A stretch of 64,000 bases of DNA from Candidatus Bathyarchaeia archaeon (GTDB lineage Archaea; Thermoproteota; Bathyarchaeia; 40CM-2-53-6), in NCBI GenBank assembly GCA_050013255.1, contig JBEKFP010000002.1, positions 448,001 to 512,000 of the forward strand, in the 5' to 3' direction. Below the pieces are notes generated by a model. It had not been told where the DNA came from. It searched no databases and was given only the letters and a program-made list of their open reading frames with translations. Positions 48,713 to 58,364 of the stretch are shown piece after piece. The translations under genes were made by a program, and so were the position numbers. Each line of letters opens with the position of its first letter. Within the stretch, counting starts at the first letter, position 1.

Positions 48713-49882
48713 TTGAAATCGACCTTACAAGCTCAGCAACCAACTCGTCAGGCGAGTGGGTTATCGGAAGGGAGCGCTAAGCTACGCCCCGTCTCACGAG
48801 GAGTATTCTACAACCCGAAAATGAGCCTAGGTCGGGACTTGGCGGTTCTATTTGCGGCATCCTTCTTTCTGGATGGTAGGCGCCTCCGCGTCTGTGACGC
48901 TATGACGGGGTCAGGCGTTCGCGCAGTACGGTATGTGCTTGAATCCCTTAACGTTGCGAGCGTCGTCGCGGCCGATAAGAATCCTGAAGCGGTCGAAGCG
49001 GCCCGGCGAACAATCCAGCTCAACGGTCTGGAGAAGAAAGTTGCCGTGGTTGAATCGGACGCGAACTTGCTGCTTCTCCAACACATGCAGGACAGGTTCG
49101 ACCTAGTTGACCTAGACCCGTTCGGATCCCCGGCACCATACCTGGAATCAGCCTTGCGGGCGACTGAGGATGGCGGTATCGTCGCGGCCACTGCGACCGA
49201 TATGGGCCCGCTCACGGGTGGGAGGCCTGCTGCATGCTTCAGGAAGTATGGTGCGAGTGCGATTCGAACAGAATTTGAGAAGGAGGTGGCTCTCAGAATC
49301 CTCGCAAGCTGCCTCACCGCCATCGCGAGTAGAATTGAAATCGGGATTGAGATTGCCTTTGCACATGCATCTGACCACTACGCACGAATCTACGCAACAG
49401 TGAGAAAGGGTAAGGCGTCCGCGAACGAGTCAGCCAAATTGCTAGGTTTCCTCGGATACTGCCCAAAATGCCTCATGCGAAAATCAGTCAACTCATTGGA
49501 GTCAATCGAATGGGTGTGCAAAGTTTGTGGGTCCAAGGCTCAAATCGGCGGCCCGATATGGCTTGGCCCACTGTGGGACGGAGATGTGGTTCAGAGAATG
49601 GTGCAACGTACCCCGACCGTATCGTCATCACGCCTTTCTGAGATCCAGATGATTCTGTCCCGCACAGCCGAAGAAGTAGACAATTCGTCTTTCTACTATA
49701 GAACTGACTCATTTGCCCGATCACTCAGAATAAGGCCACCCAGAATTGCGCGAGTTGTAGAGGCTTTGCGCAACAGCGGCCACCAAGCTAGCCGAACACA
49801 CTTCGACCCAAAGGGGTTCAGAACCAATATGAAATTCGAAGAGTTAGTGGTATTATTGCGTGGCTTGGCCGAGGAAGCCTAA
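48713..49882 (+). CDS. trm1: tRNA (guanine26-N2)-dimethyltransferase
   Basis: VFYNP, GSGVRAVRY, DLDPFGSP, TATD, GPIWLGPL, RTHF. Confidence 0.95.
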   Translation: MKSTLQAQQPTRQASGLSEGSAKLRPVSRGVFYNPKMSLGRDLAVLFAASFFLDGRRLRVCDAMTGSGVRAVRYVLESLNVASVVAADKNPEAVEAARRTIQLNGLEKKVAVVESDANLLLLQHMQDRFDLVDLDPFGSPAPYLESALRATEDGGIVAATATDMGPLTGGRPAACFRKYGASAIRTEFEKEVALRILASCLTAIASRIEIGIEIAFAHASDHYARIYATVRKGKASANESAKLLGFLGYCPKCLMRKSVNSLESIEWVCKVCGSKAQIGGPIWLGPLWDGDVVQRMVQRTPTVSSSRLSEIQMILSRTAEEVDNSSFYYRTDSFARSLRIRPPRIARVVEALRNSGHQASRTHFDPKGFRTNMKFEELVVLLRGLAEEA

Positions 49883-50473
49883 CCCCAAGAAGTAAAACTC
49901 AGCACTTTCAGGCCGGCTCGCAGGCGGTTTCACTGTCCTAAGAATATGGAATGACGACTTCATCTCAAGTTGAAACTCCTTAAACTCCGAACCTTGAAAG
50001 ACTTTAACGAGCATGTTGCCGGAAGGCCTCAATAAAACGCGCGCAACCCTCAGCGCGCACCGGGCCAATTCGATTTGTCGAGCGGTGTCGACATCCCATA
50101 CGCCCGATAGGTCCGGGGAAAGGTCGGAAACGATCACATCAAACATTCCCGGGGCAGTTGCTCCAATTTGATCCACGAGCCCTTCTTGAGTTATGTCCGC
50201 CCTAATTGCAACAACGTTCGCGAACTGAAGGGGAGGAAACTCCTCCAAGTCGACGCCTAGGACGAAGCCTCTCCCGCCAACGAGTTGGTGGGCTGCCTGC
50301 AACCAACCCCCAGGCGCGCAACCCAGGTCAAGTACGCGGTCGCCTCGCCCCACGAAAGAGTACTGTTTGGCCACTTGGAGTAGCTTGAAGGTCGCCCTAC
50401 TGCGGAAACCTCTCTTCTTAGCGAGGCGGTGGTACTGGTCTCTCTTCCGCTGCCGCAGCCAATCACTCGGCAC
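49853..50473 (-). CDS. rlmE: 23S rRNA 2'-O-methyltransferase RlmE/RrmJ
   Basis: RSRATFKL, DLGCAPGGW, KVFQG, KPPASR..SAE. Confidence 0.95.
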   Translation of the reverse strand: MPSDWLRQRKRDQYHRLAKKRGFRSRATFKLLQVAKQYSFVGRGDRVLDLGCAPGGWLQAAHQLVGGRGFVLGVDLEEFPPLQFANVVAIRADITQEGLVDQIGATAPGMFDVIVSDLSPDLSGVWDVDTARQIELARCALRVARVLLRPSGNMLVKVFQGSEFKEFQLEMKSSFHILRTVKPPASRPESAEFYFLGLGFLGQATQ

Positions 50474-50843
50474 TTGTCGTTACCGCTTTCGCTGAGTCCG
50501 CCACGTCGTGCATCCACTTGGTCAAATGTTCACACCTGTTCGGGTTCAGAATCCAGGCTTGAGGGCAATTGCCCACTAAATCGCAAAAGGCACATGGGAC
50601 GTCCAGGATAGAATCAATCGTGGAATAACGGCGCTTTGCAAATACTCGGTAAGTCCAGCGGCCTTCATGGAGCTCTTTCTTTCGGGCGATCAGGCCCTTC
50701 TTCTCAAGCCTAAGTATTGCTCTCGAACCTTCGCGGCTGTCAGCGGTCAACTGCCTCCAAAGCTCTGATTGCAGAATCCCCATGTCGCCGAGTTCCATAA
50801 CTATGCGTAAGACGTCCTGTTCCGTTGGACCTTTCCTCGGCAA
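50463..50843 (-). CDS. TFE-beta (Rpc34/C39-like wHTH plus Fe-S Cys cluster)
   Basis: GILQSELWR..DSREGSR..RLEKKGLI; PCAFC..C..PNRC..L..W. Confidence 0.85.
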   Translation of the reverse strand: MPRKGPTEQDVLRIVMELGDMGILQSELWRQLTADSREGSRAILRLEKKGLIARKKELHEGRWTYRVFAKRRYSTIDSILDVPCAFCDLVGNCPQAWILNPNRCEHLTKWMHDVADSAKAVTTSAE

Positions 50844-50977
50844 CCAATAACCTTCTAGAAATGAAACGATTTATTCAGAATCAAATTGGAATTAGACGCC
50901 ATTCCATTTAAACGTTCAAGATAATTTCCGCAGTTGATTGTTTAGCCTTCGGTTTTCTTGGCCGAAAAGGCTGGTTT

Positions 50978-51334
50978 CTACGTGATTCTTGACCCGTTAG
51001 GCACTTCACCATCGGTGGTCAGCAAGGCTATCTTGTCGCCTTCCTCAGCCGCAAGCAACATCCCCTGTGAAACCTCGCCGGAGAATTTTGATGGTTTTAG
51101 GTTGTAAAGGAAAATGACTCGCTTCCCCTTCAACTGGTCGGGTTCGTAATATCCAACGAGGCTTGAGACCGTTTGGCGGATCCCAAGCGGGCCGAGGTCG
51201 ACCAGGATCTTGTACAGCTTTTCAGTTCTAGTAACCCGTTCTACCTGCGTTATCGTTCCCACCCGGGCATCTATTCTCTTGAAGTCCTCGAAGGAGATCT
51301 CAAGGCTCACCTTATCGTCGCTCACGTGCCTCAC
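50978..51334 (-). CDS. tRNA-binding OB-fold protein (Trbp111/MetRS C-domain-like)
   Basis: ISFEDF..D.RVG, VDLG, NLKP..SQGMLLAA. Confidence 0.9.
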   Translation of the reverse strand: MRHVSDDKVSLEISFEDFKRIDARVGTITQVERVTRTEKLYKILVDLGPLGIRQTVSSLVGYYEPDQLKGKRVIFLYNLKPSKFSGEVSQGMLLAAEEGDKIALLTTDGEVPNGSRIT

Positions 51335-51342
51335 CTGTTTTC

Positions 51343-52488
51343 TTAGACGTGTTCTAGGGCGGTAGATAAGTCGGCTATCAAATCTTCGGCGTCTTCTATA
51401 CCCACTGACACTCTGATCAAAGAGTCTGTGACCCCTATTCTATCACGTTCCTCTTTGGGAACTGAAGCATGTGTCATCGAGCTCGGATGTTCGATTAGGG
51501 ATTCTACCCCACCCAAGCTCTCAGCCGGCGTGAACACCTTCAGATGCTTCAACAGTTCCTGCCAGGAATGTAAGCCGCCCTTCAAGTGGAAGCTTACCAT
51601 GCCCCCAAAATCATCCATTTGTTTCCGAGCCAGGTCGTGCTGTGGATGGGAGGTCAAACCGGGATAGATGACCCTGGAAACCTTCACGTGCCCGGCCAGG
51701 AATTCTGCGACCTTCTTGGCATTGCTGCAGTGGCGTTCCAGTCTCACAGCCAAGGTTTTGATGCCCCGCAGAACAAGCCAGCAATCCATGGGCCCTGGAA
51801 CGGCGCCGGCTGCGTTCTGTGCGAACTGCACTTTTTCATAGAGCTTCGAGTCGCTGAGCATTACAGCCCCACCGATGAGGTCGGAATGTCCCCCCAAGTA
51901 CTTGGTTGTGCTGTGGACCACAATATCGGCGCCCAGTCTGAGCGGGTGCTGGAGATAAGGGCTCATGAACGTGTTATCTACCACAACCAACGCATTGTGG
52001 CTGTGTGCAACCTTCGCAACTCCCGCAATGTCAACGATCTGGAGGAGTGGGTTTGTGGGGGTCTCCACCCACACAATCTTCGTTCTAGGCTTGAAGCGAG
52101 CTTCGTAATCCCTTAGATTGGTCCCATCGAAGTATGTGGATTCCACTCCAAAGTTTTGCATTACTCGGGTGAATACTCGCCGAGTTCCTCCGTACAGATC
52201 TTCAACAGCCAAAATATGGTCTCCTTGGTTGAGCAGGCTTAGTAGTAGGGTGGTTATGGCTGCCATCCCAGACGCAAACGCGAGTGCGTGATCTGCTTCT
52301 TCGAGGGATGCAAGGCAGCTCTCTAGGGCTGTGCGGGTCGGGTTGGCGGTCCTCGAATACACGTATCCAGCCCCAGTGTCAGGTTGAGATTGTTTGAACG
52401 TTGACACCTGGTAGATTGGGACCACGACCGTTCCTGTCCGGTTTTCGAGTTCATCCCCTGCATGTATTGCCCGCGTAGAAAATCGCAT
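51343..52488 (-). CDS. Cystathionine gamma-synthase/lyase
   Basis: YSRTANPT, ETPTNP, DNTF, HSTTKYLGGHSD, SLGGVESL. Confidence 0.93.
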   Translation of the reverse strand: MRFSTRAIHAGDELENRTGTVVVPIYQVSTFKQSQPDTGAGYVYSRTANPTRTALESCLASLEEADHALAFASGMAAITTLLLSLLNQGDHILAVEDLYGGTRRVFTRVMQNFGVESTYFDGTNLRDYEARFKPRTKIVWVETPTNPLLQIVDIAGVAKVAHSHNALVVVDNTFMSPYLQHPLRLGADIVVHSTTKYLGGHSDLIGGAVMLSDSKLYEKVQFAQNAAGAVPGPMDCWLVLRGIKTLAVRLERHCSNAKKVAEFLAGHVKVSRVIYPGLTSHPQHDLARKQMDDFGGMVSFHLKGGLHSWQELLKHLKVFTPAESLGGVESLIEHPSSMTHASVPKEERDRIGVTDSLIRVSVGIEDAEDLIADLSTALEHV

Positions 52489-52759
52489 AAGAGAACCTTC
52501 GCGGCCAAATCAGAGTTGAGAAGCTTAAAACTTGTATTGGCGGGGACCGTTGCCGAGGCTTGGTTTGAACTCGGGGACAGTAAGCGTTCAAATCTTCTTG
52601 AACGTCCGTCATTTAGCCCCCAAGTGAGTCACTTCGCATTCGGCGGAGCTTGCTTCAGTCAACAGGCCTGAGAGGTTGCCGCGAAACTGTACTTCCGTCG
52701 AGAAAATTCCTAGAAGACTTATTACCATTTGAACTTCGACAATAGGGCGGTGTCACTGT

Positions 52760-53032
52760 TTGGCTAAGAAACGAAAGTCCCAGAAAGGTGCGAAGAAGAG
52801 AGCAAAGCGAACGGCGAAGAAGAAGACTAGACCGAAAAAGAAAATGCAACCTAAACCGAAGCCCGTCGCAGCAGCGCCACCTCCAATGCCCGCAGTTGAA
52901 CAACCACCCATGCCAGAGCCAGTGGTGGAAGCGCCACCTGCAGAAGCCGCTCCAGCTGAGCAACCTCCTTCAACTGAACCCATGCCATCTGAGAGTTCGG
53001 GAAGCGAATCGAGCGAATCCACCAACCCTTAG
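52760..53032 (+). CDS. Lys/Arg-rich plus Pro/Glu-rich disordered protein
   Basis: MAKKRKSQKGAKKRAKRTAKKK.. followed by PPMPAVEQPPMPEPVVE; GGTG upstream. Confidence 0.75.
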   Translation: MAKKRKSQKGAKKRAKRTAKKKTRPKKKMQPKPKPVAAAPPPMPAVEQPPMPEPVVEAPPAEAAPAEQPPSTEPMPSESSGSESSESTNP

Positions 53033-53155
53033 AAACTGGTCATCAAACAATTTCTCGCCGACGCCTACGTGTAGGCATCGACTTTGTATCCTGCCGCTTA
53101 TCGAAGATGGTGAAGGTGGCCTGAACTCCCCTCGAAACAATCCCAAGATAGCTTC

Positions 53156-54532
53156 ATCAGAAACAAGGCCGAACTAATCCGTAACGGGGGCACGGCCCGA
53201 GATCGTACGGCTCGGCAGCTGTGTTTGCAGTCACTCGAAGAAGCATTGCACGCGGTGGACCCGTATCGATGCATCCTATCTTTTGTCAAGGTGAAAGATG
53301 GTCAACTCCGAACCAAAGACTTCACAATTTCCCTCTCCCGGTTCAGTAGTATCCTTGTTCTTGCCGTTGGAAAAGCAAGCGCACCCATGATGAAAGCCGC
53401 CTTCGAAATTCTCGGAAGTCACGAGACGCGTGGAATCATCGTGGCGCCACACGATGAACGTATACCAATTCGTGACCGACGTATCCAAGTCCTTCGCGCA
53501 GGCCATCCAATACCGGATAGTGACGGGTTGAGAGCCGCCAGGACAGTCCTCAAAACAGTTCGAGGGATGAAAGCGGACGAACTCCTCCTTTGCTTGATTT
53601 CAGGGGGCGCTTCCGCTATGCTGCCCTCCACACCGCCTGGGGTAGGATTGGAGGGAGAGAAACGACTAACTCAATGTCTTCTATCGAGCAACTTTACAAT
53701 TCATGAGATAAACACAGTGCGAAGACACCTCTCAACTCTGAAAGGTGGTCGGCTTGTGGAGCAATGTAGAGCCTCAAGCATCTTGTCCCTAATCGTGTCA
53801 GATGTCCCTGGAAATTGCCTACGCGACATCGCATCGGGGTTGACGGTGGAGGATCCAACCACCTACCGAGACGCCGTAGAGGTGCTGAAACGGCACGACG
53901 TCTGGGACAAGATCCCGCGTCAAGTCAAAGATTACCTCACTCTAGGATTGCGTGGTCAAGTCCCGGAAACACCCAAACCGGGGACCTCAAGCTTCAGGAG
54001 AGTCCGGAACTTCATAATCGCAGACAGCAGGATCGCCTGCACCGCAGCGCAGCGGGCTTTGAGATCCAACGGCGTCGAAGCCACGATCATATCATCTTCC
54101 GCCGAAATGGAAGCGAGGGAGATGGGAAGAGTGCTGGCGTCCTTAGCTACTGGCTACAAGGAACATGGGAAATCAGCGGTTGGTTCTCGAGCGATAATCG
54201 TCGGCGGAGAGACAACGGTCAAGGTCGAAGGGAAAGGAAAAGGCGGCCGGAACCAGGAAACTGTGCTCTGGGCCACGGAGGGAATCACGGGCCTCAACGG
54301 CACGGTCGTAGCTGCACTAGGAACTGACGGCGTTGATGGAAACAGCAATGCGGCCGGCGCGCTGGCGGATGGAAGAACGACCATTCGAGCTAGAAGAAAG
54401 CAACTCGAGCCGAAAAACTACCTCGCTCGAAATGATTCCTACCAATTCTTCAAATCGCTGAATGACGGTTTGGTGACTGGTCGAACGGGAACCAACGTTG
54501 GAGACGTGTATCTGATGATCTCGCTCGAATGA
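53156..54532 (+). CDS. Glycerate 2-kinase (DUF4147/MOFRL)
   Basis: GKAS, GHPIPD, SGGASA, KGGRL, GGETTV, GGRNQE, GTDGVDG, TGTNVGD; start uncertain (ORF track 53225). Confidence 0.93.
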   Translation: MRNKAELIRNGGTARDRTARQLCLQSLEEALHAVDPYRCILSFVKVKDGQLRTKDFTISLSRFSSILVLAVGKASAPMMKAAFEILGSHETRGIIVAPHDERIPIRDRRIQVLRAGHPIPDSDGLRAARTVLKTVRGMKADELLLCLISGGASAMLPSTPPGVGLEGEKRLTQCLLSSNFTIHEINTVRRHLSTLKGGRLVEQCRASSILSLIVSDVPGNCLRDIASGLTVEDPTTYRDAVEVLKRHDVWDKIPRQVKDYLTLGLRGQVPETPKPGTSSFRRVRNFIIADSRIACTAAQRALRSNGVEATIISSSAEMEAREMGRVLASLATGYKEHGKSAVGSRAIIVGGETTVKVEGKGKGGRNQETVLWATEGITGLNGTVVAALGTDGVDGNSNAAGALADGRTTIRARRKQLEPKNYLARNDSYQFFKSLNDGLVTGRTGTNVGDVYLMISLE

Positions 54533-54540
54533 CGACGGGA

Positions 54541-54975
54541 TTATTTGACGATTAACGTGGGGATTTTAGCGTGGTGACTCACTTTGTCTGAAACACTTCC
54601 CAGCAAGAAGGCACGAACCTCAGTAAGCCCCCTGCTACCTAGCACGATAAGGTCGACCTTCTCTGAAACAGCTAGCTTAATGATTTCCTCAGCGGCCACG
54701 CCTTGAAGCAACCTTGACTCGTAATCCGCTCCCTCTGCCTTCGCGTACGCGCTAGCCCTATTCAGGGTCTCCTTGCCCTCCGCGTCCATCTCCTTCACGA
54801 ATACAGTGGTCGCGAGGACTCCCGCTTCTGAAGGCGTTACGGCGTAGAATTGGCGAAGAACCACATGTGTAATGATTAACTTGGCGCCATACTTCTTCGC
54901 CAAATCAACTGCGCACTTCAATGCTCTCTCGGCAAATGGCGAACCGTCCACGGCCACAAGGATCCTTGAGAACAT
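54541..54975 (-). CDS. Universal stress protein
   Basis: ILVAVDGS, GSRG..LLGSVS. Confidence 0.95.
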   Translation of the reverse strand: MFSRILVAVDGSPFAERALKCAVDLAKKYGAKLIITHVVLRQFYAVTPSEAGVLATTVFVKEMDAEGKETLNRASAYAKAEGADYESRLLQGVAAEEIIKLAVSEKVDLIVLGSRGLTEVRAFLLGSVSDKVSHHAKIPTLIVK

Positions 54976-55035
54976 GAAAATCGAGGGAGAATATTGAGCC
55001 CGAGGGTAATAACTGTACTTGGTGCGGGCGTTCAG

Positions 55036-55770
55036 CTACCCTACAGTGATTTGCGGGGCCTTCTCAACAGCTCGTTGGGGCTTCGATGCGTACATCCTGA
55101 TGTATGGTGCCATCGCACGCAGGATCTTGCTCTCCGCCTTACGCAGATGCTCTTCATAGGTCGTGCGGGGTACCTTGTTTTTGTTAGCGATTTCTTCAGC
55201 GGTCATCTTCTTCGGGACTTGATAGTATCCATATTCCAAGGCCGCCAACAACGAGTTGGTTTGCTTATCCGTCAGATCTGAGAAAACACTGCCCACCGAT
55301 ATTACAAACGCGTCTTTAATGCTCTTTTCAGGAACGACCCTTTTCTGAACGATCTGAAGCGGGCCGAGCTGGCTTAACTCTTCGAACAGCCTCTTGTAAT
55401 CATTCTCCCGGAACCCTACAACTCTATACTCTTCCCAACCACCGTAGTATACTTCGGGCAGCATTAGAAGGCATGAGTTCTTTTCAATTACCTGTGCGAC
55501 GTTCGGGACTATCTTCCCGCAGCAACAGGTCTTTACGATCAGTTGAAGGTTACCCTCTAGGAAATTCTTCTTTAGTACCTTACCCCCCTTCCAAAGAAGA
55601 AGTTCTTTCAAGTCAGGTTCGATTCTCATGAAAGTCTCAACGTTGGGGCAATCTACCTCCATAACGTGAATCTGGTTGTTACACCACTCAACAAGCCGCA
55701 CGTCTGGGTTCTTCACTGTGAACCGTGTGTAAGGACAGTCGTGTTGCATTTTGAACGTGACTTCAAACAT
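55036..55770 (-). CDS. Bat-like (HTH_10) transcriptional regulator
   Basis: HDCP N-terminus; LTDKQ..A.EYGYY.VPK....EIA....EHLRKAESKI. Confidence 0.9.
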   Translation of the reverse strand: MFEVTFKMQHDCPYTRFTVKNPDVRLVEWCNNQIHVMEVDCPNVETFMRIEPDLKELLLWKGGKVLKKNFLEGNLQLIVKTCCCGKIVPNVAQVIEKNSCLLMLPEVYYGGWEEYRVVGFRENDYKRLFEELSQLGPLQIVQKRVVPEKSIKDAFVISVGSVFSDLTDKQTNSLLAALEYGYYQVPKKMTAEEIANKNKVPRTTYEEHLRKAESKILRAMAPYIRMYASKPQRAVEKAPQITVG

Positions 55771-55818
55771 TTCTAATCAACTGACGGAGTACTGTCTTTC
55801 CGGCTCTATAAGACATGT

Positions 55819-55882
55819 GCCGTCCTAAGACGGCTTATTCGGTTCGGCTAGCGCTGGCTCTGATTTACCATCGTACGACGGT
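55819..55882. promoter_or_regulatory. Two palindromic operators next to divergent TATA boxes
   Basis: GCCGTC-CTAA-GACGGC (55819) and ACCATC-GTAC-GACGGT (55867), the latter abutting TATAAA. Confidence 0.6.
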
Positions 55883-55932
55883 ATAAACTACTACCGTCAC
55901 TTCCGACTCTATTGTTGCTGGAGGTAATGTGA

Positions 55933-56163
55933 ATGAGTATCGTAACAAACGTGTTGGATAGGCTGGGACTCACAGGTGCGTTAAGCCCGAAGATCATTTC
56001 CTTTGTTCCGAAGCTGAACTTACAGCTTTCACAAGTCCTGTGGAAGCATTTCAGTCAAGGGCAGGAATGGACTTCGACTAAGCACTCTCAGGAGTTCCAG
56101 AGAGAATCAATGGCCCGACGGGCCTTATACGAAATGCAAGGCAGACTACCAATAGCGAGGTGA
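55933..56163 (+). CDS. Small hypothetical protein
   Basis: TATA box and GGAGGT RBS upstream; coupled to the next gene. Confidence 0.7.
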   Translation: MSIVTNVLDRLGLTGALSPKIISFVPKLNLQLSQVLWKHFSQGQEWTSTKHSQEFQRESMARRALYEMQGRLPIAR

Positions 56164-56168
56164 ATCAA

Positions 56169-56549
56169 ATGCAACGAACAATAACCGAACAAGTCACCGC
56201 ACCCACAGCGGGACAAGCCGAACTTGAAGTCCTTCAACGAATCCGAACCGATCCGAGAATTTGCTCGGTAGTCATAGTGCGAGCTGCAAATCCCGGAAAG
56301 GTAATGGAGACCCACGGCCTAGTCAAGACTAGTCGTATCAAGTTGCCGACGCCAAATACAGATTCATTCCTTGTAACCGACCTGCTCGAGGACATTACGT
56401 ACATGATTGGGCAGGAAGGGTCGCTCTCCAAGCTTGTCTTCACCTTGAAGGACGAACAAGTCATGGTAGCAGTTCAACCCGGCTCGGACCTCACCGAAAT
56501 CGCTCACGACTTCGCAATCGACCTGGCCACCATAACGGCCCACAACTGA
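56169..56549 (+). CDS. Hypothetical protein, possibly roadblock/profilin-like
   Basis: GAGGTG RBS; helix-strand pattern ending VMVAVQP..LTEIA. Confidence 0.6.
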   Translation: MQRTITEQVTAPTAGQAELEVLQRIRTDPRICSVVIVRAANPGKVMETHGLVKTSRIKLPTPNTDSFLVTDLLEDITYMIGQEGSLSKLVFTLKDEQVMVAVQPGSDLTEIAHDFAIDLATITAHN

Positions 56550-56638
56550 CCAAGCACAGGTTGGTACGTGTCGGGCCGCTTCCCCGGTTTATTCGAAACC
56601 TATTTCTGACTGAAATCCTTTCCAAGCCAGACGGAGAA

Positions 56639-57100
56639 ATGCCAGACGTATCCGAGGGCCTACCTGCCCCCGATTTCACCGCAAAAGCCAGTGACGGGTC
56701 ATCCGTGACGCTCTCTAACTTTCGCGGAAAGAACGTTGTGCTTTACTTTTACACAAAGAATCTCAGCCCGGGTTGCCGGGCAGAAACCTTCGCCTTCAGG
56801 GATATCTATGGGAAATTTACTTCTGCAGACACCGAATTGATCGGTATTAGTGTGGACTCGGTCGAATCACACGTTGACTTTGCTTCCCGCCACAAGATTC
56901 CCTTCAAACTGCTAAGCGACCAAGACAGGTCCATCTCACGCCTTTACGGAGTGCTGGGCTACGGTGGATATTTCGCCAAGCGTACAACGTTCATAATTGA
57001 CAAACAAGGCGTCATTCGAAAGATTTTCCATGTAGTACTCCTGCCAACATCCTATAAGCACCCCGAGACAGTTCTGGAAGCTCTTCGCAGTTTAGGCTGA
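56639..57100 (+). CDS. bcp: Peroxiredoxin, BCP type
   Basis: APDF, VLYFY..SPGC..E, KRTTFIIDK.G. Confidence 0.88.
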   Translation: MPDVSEGLPAPDFTAKASDGSSVTLSNFRGKNVVLYFYTKNLSPGCRAETFAFRDIYGKFTSADTELIGISVDSVESHVDFASRHKIPFKLLSDQDRSISRLYGVLGYGGYFAKRTTFIIDKQGVIRKIFHVVLLPTSYKHPETVLEALRSLG

Positions 57101-57910
57101 ATTGGTTGTGGGCCCAAGGGGCTGAATCTGGGGCAGCATTGCGATGCCCTCATCGGTTATGTCGAAACGATTCCACTTCGTGGAGTGCTTCTGGCCGCGC
57201 AACGAGTATATTCGAATGTATCTTTCCAATCCTTCCGCCCCCTCCTGAATCTTCATTTCCAGCACACCGTCGAACATCAAGAGAAGAGCATTCTGAAAAC
57301 GTTGCTCAAGAATCTCGGTCGTCAACGAAAACAGCCCCAAAGTTGAGCTCCCTTTAATTTTCGCAAGCAATTGCCGCAGAAACTTCAGCGTAACATCGGT
57401 CCCGGCTTCTTGGACTATTGAGGTGAGGTCGTCGACGAGCAGGCATGATTTCGTCAAACCCTCCCAAGCGGCTTTCAATGTAATGCTAATGTCAGTCAGG
57501 TTAGCGAGGCTGGTCAGTGCATACTTCGTTTCGGCCTTTTTGCCCATGAGTGCGCTGTAGCAATCAAGTATGCGAAGTTCATCATCTTCCTCAACCACCG
57601 GCGCTTCTCCATAGCCCTTAGCAAGGATCTTACGGATCTCACCTCGCAAATCACCCGCGGTTTCATCCGACGGCAGGTAAACAACAGGCCTTCCCGACTC
57701 GAGGGCCGTACGAGCGAAGGCTTTGCAGAAAGATGTTTTCCCAACTTTGGCTGGGCCCAGTAGCAAGATGGCCCCATCGTTGACTGTTCCGCCTACGAAA
57801 CAGCCCAGGCAAAAGTGGGCTTCCCTTCCGTCGGCAAATGTTAGATTTGTTATCTGTACAATTTCGTTTTCGTGGATGCCGCAAGCGGAACATGAAAGGG
57901 CCAAGGCCAT
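57092..57910 (-). CDS. KaiC/RAD55-like ATPase with N-terminal Zn finger
   Basis: CSAC..CLGC, GPAKVGKT, LDCYS, FDGVLEM. Confidence 0.85.
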   Translation of the reverse strand: MALALSCSACGIHENEIVQITNLTFADGREAHFCLGCFVGGTVNDGAILLLGPAKVGKTSFCKAFARTALESGRPVVYLPSDETAGDLRGEIRKILAKGYGEAPVVEEDDELRILDCYSALMGKKAETKYALTSLANLTDISITLKAAWEGLTKSCLLVDDLTSIVQEAGTDVTLKFLRQLLAKIKGSSTLGLFSLTTEILEQRFQNALLLMFDGVLEMKIQEGAEGLERYIRIYSLRGQKHSTKWNRFDITDEGIAMLPQIQPLGPTTNSA

Positions 57911-57962
57911 TCCTCTGTGAATAACAGCTTCAGTTCGGTCGAAGATAAATTGTCTTCCTAAA

Positions 57963-58127
57963 CTAGCGCTTAGTCACAGGCTCGACGATTATCTTAGTCC
58001 CATCAAGGGATATGAAGAGTGGTTGGCCTTTTTGCCACTTTAACTTCTCCACCATCTCCCTAGGAATCGTTATCCTATACTGCCCTCGAAAATCTTGAAG
58101 CCGAACAATTTCTAGGCTTTGAGACAT
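57963..58127 (-). CDS. AbrB/SpoVT-family DNA-binding protein (54 aa)
   Basis: MSQSLEIVRLQDFRGQYRITIPREMVEKLKWQKGQPLFISLDGTKIIVEPVTKR. Confidence 0.85.
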   Translation of the reverse strand: MSQSLEIVRLQDFRGQYRITIPREMVEKLKWQKGQPLFISLDGTKIIVEPVTKR

Positions 58128-58232
58128 GCCTCGACGCCCTATGAGTACTCACGAGCCTCCATAGGCTTAATGAGCATTCCTAAGCCTTAAATATACTACT
58201 AATACTAATTAGTACTCTTGAGGACTAATCAA

Positions 58233-58316
58233 TTGGAGACTGCGGAGTACTACAGAGACGCCTCAGGCTTCTGGAAGATCAAGTCGCCTAAACGCAGACG
58301 AATCGTTCACCTATAG
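58233..58316 (+). CDS. Putative 27-aa peptide
   Basis: GAGG RBS plus TTG; METAEYYRDASGFWKIKSPKRRRIVHL. Confidence 0.45.
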   Translation: METAEYYRDASGFWKIKSPKRRRIVHL

Positions 58317-58364
58317 ACCAGCACACAATCACTCGGCCCAGGAGCCGGAATTAGCGGATTCGCG

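Noticed and set aside
52630-52680. Glycine-riboswitch-like words (CTCTCAGG, CGCCGAA) on the minus strand
   Set aside because: They are in the wrong order and the GGAGA element is missing.
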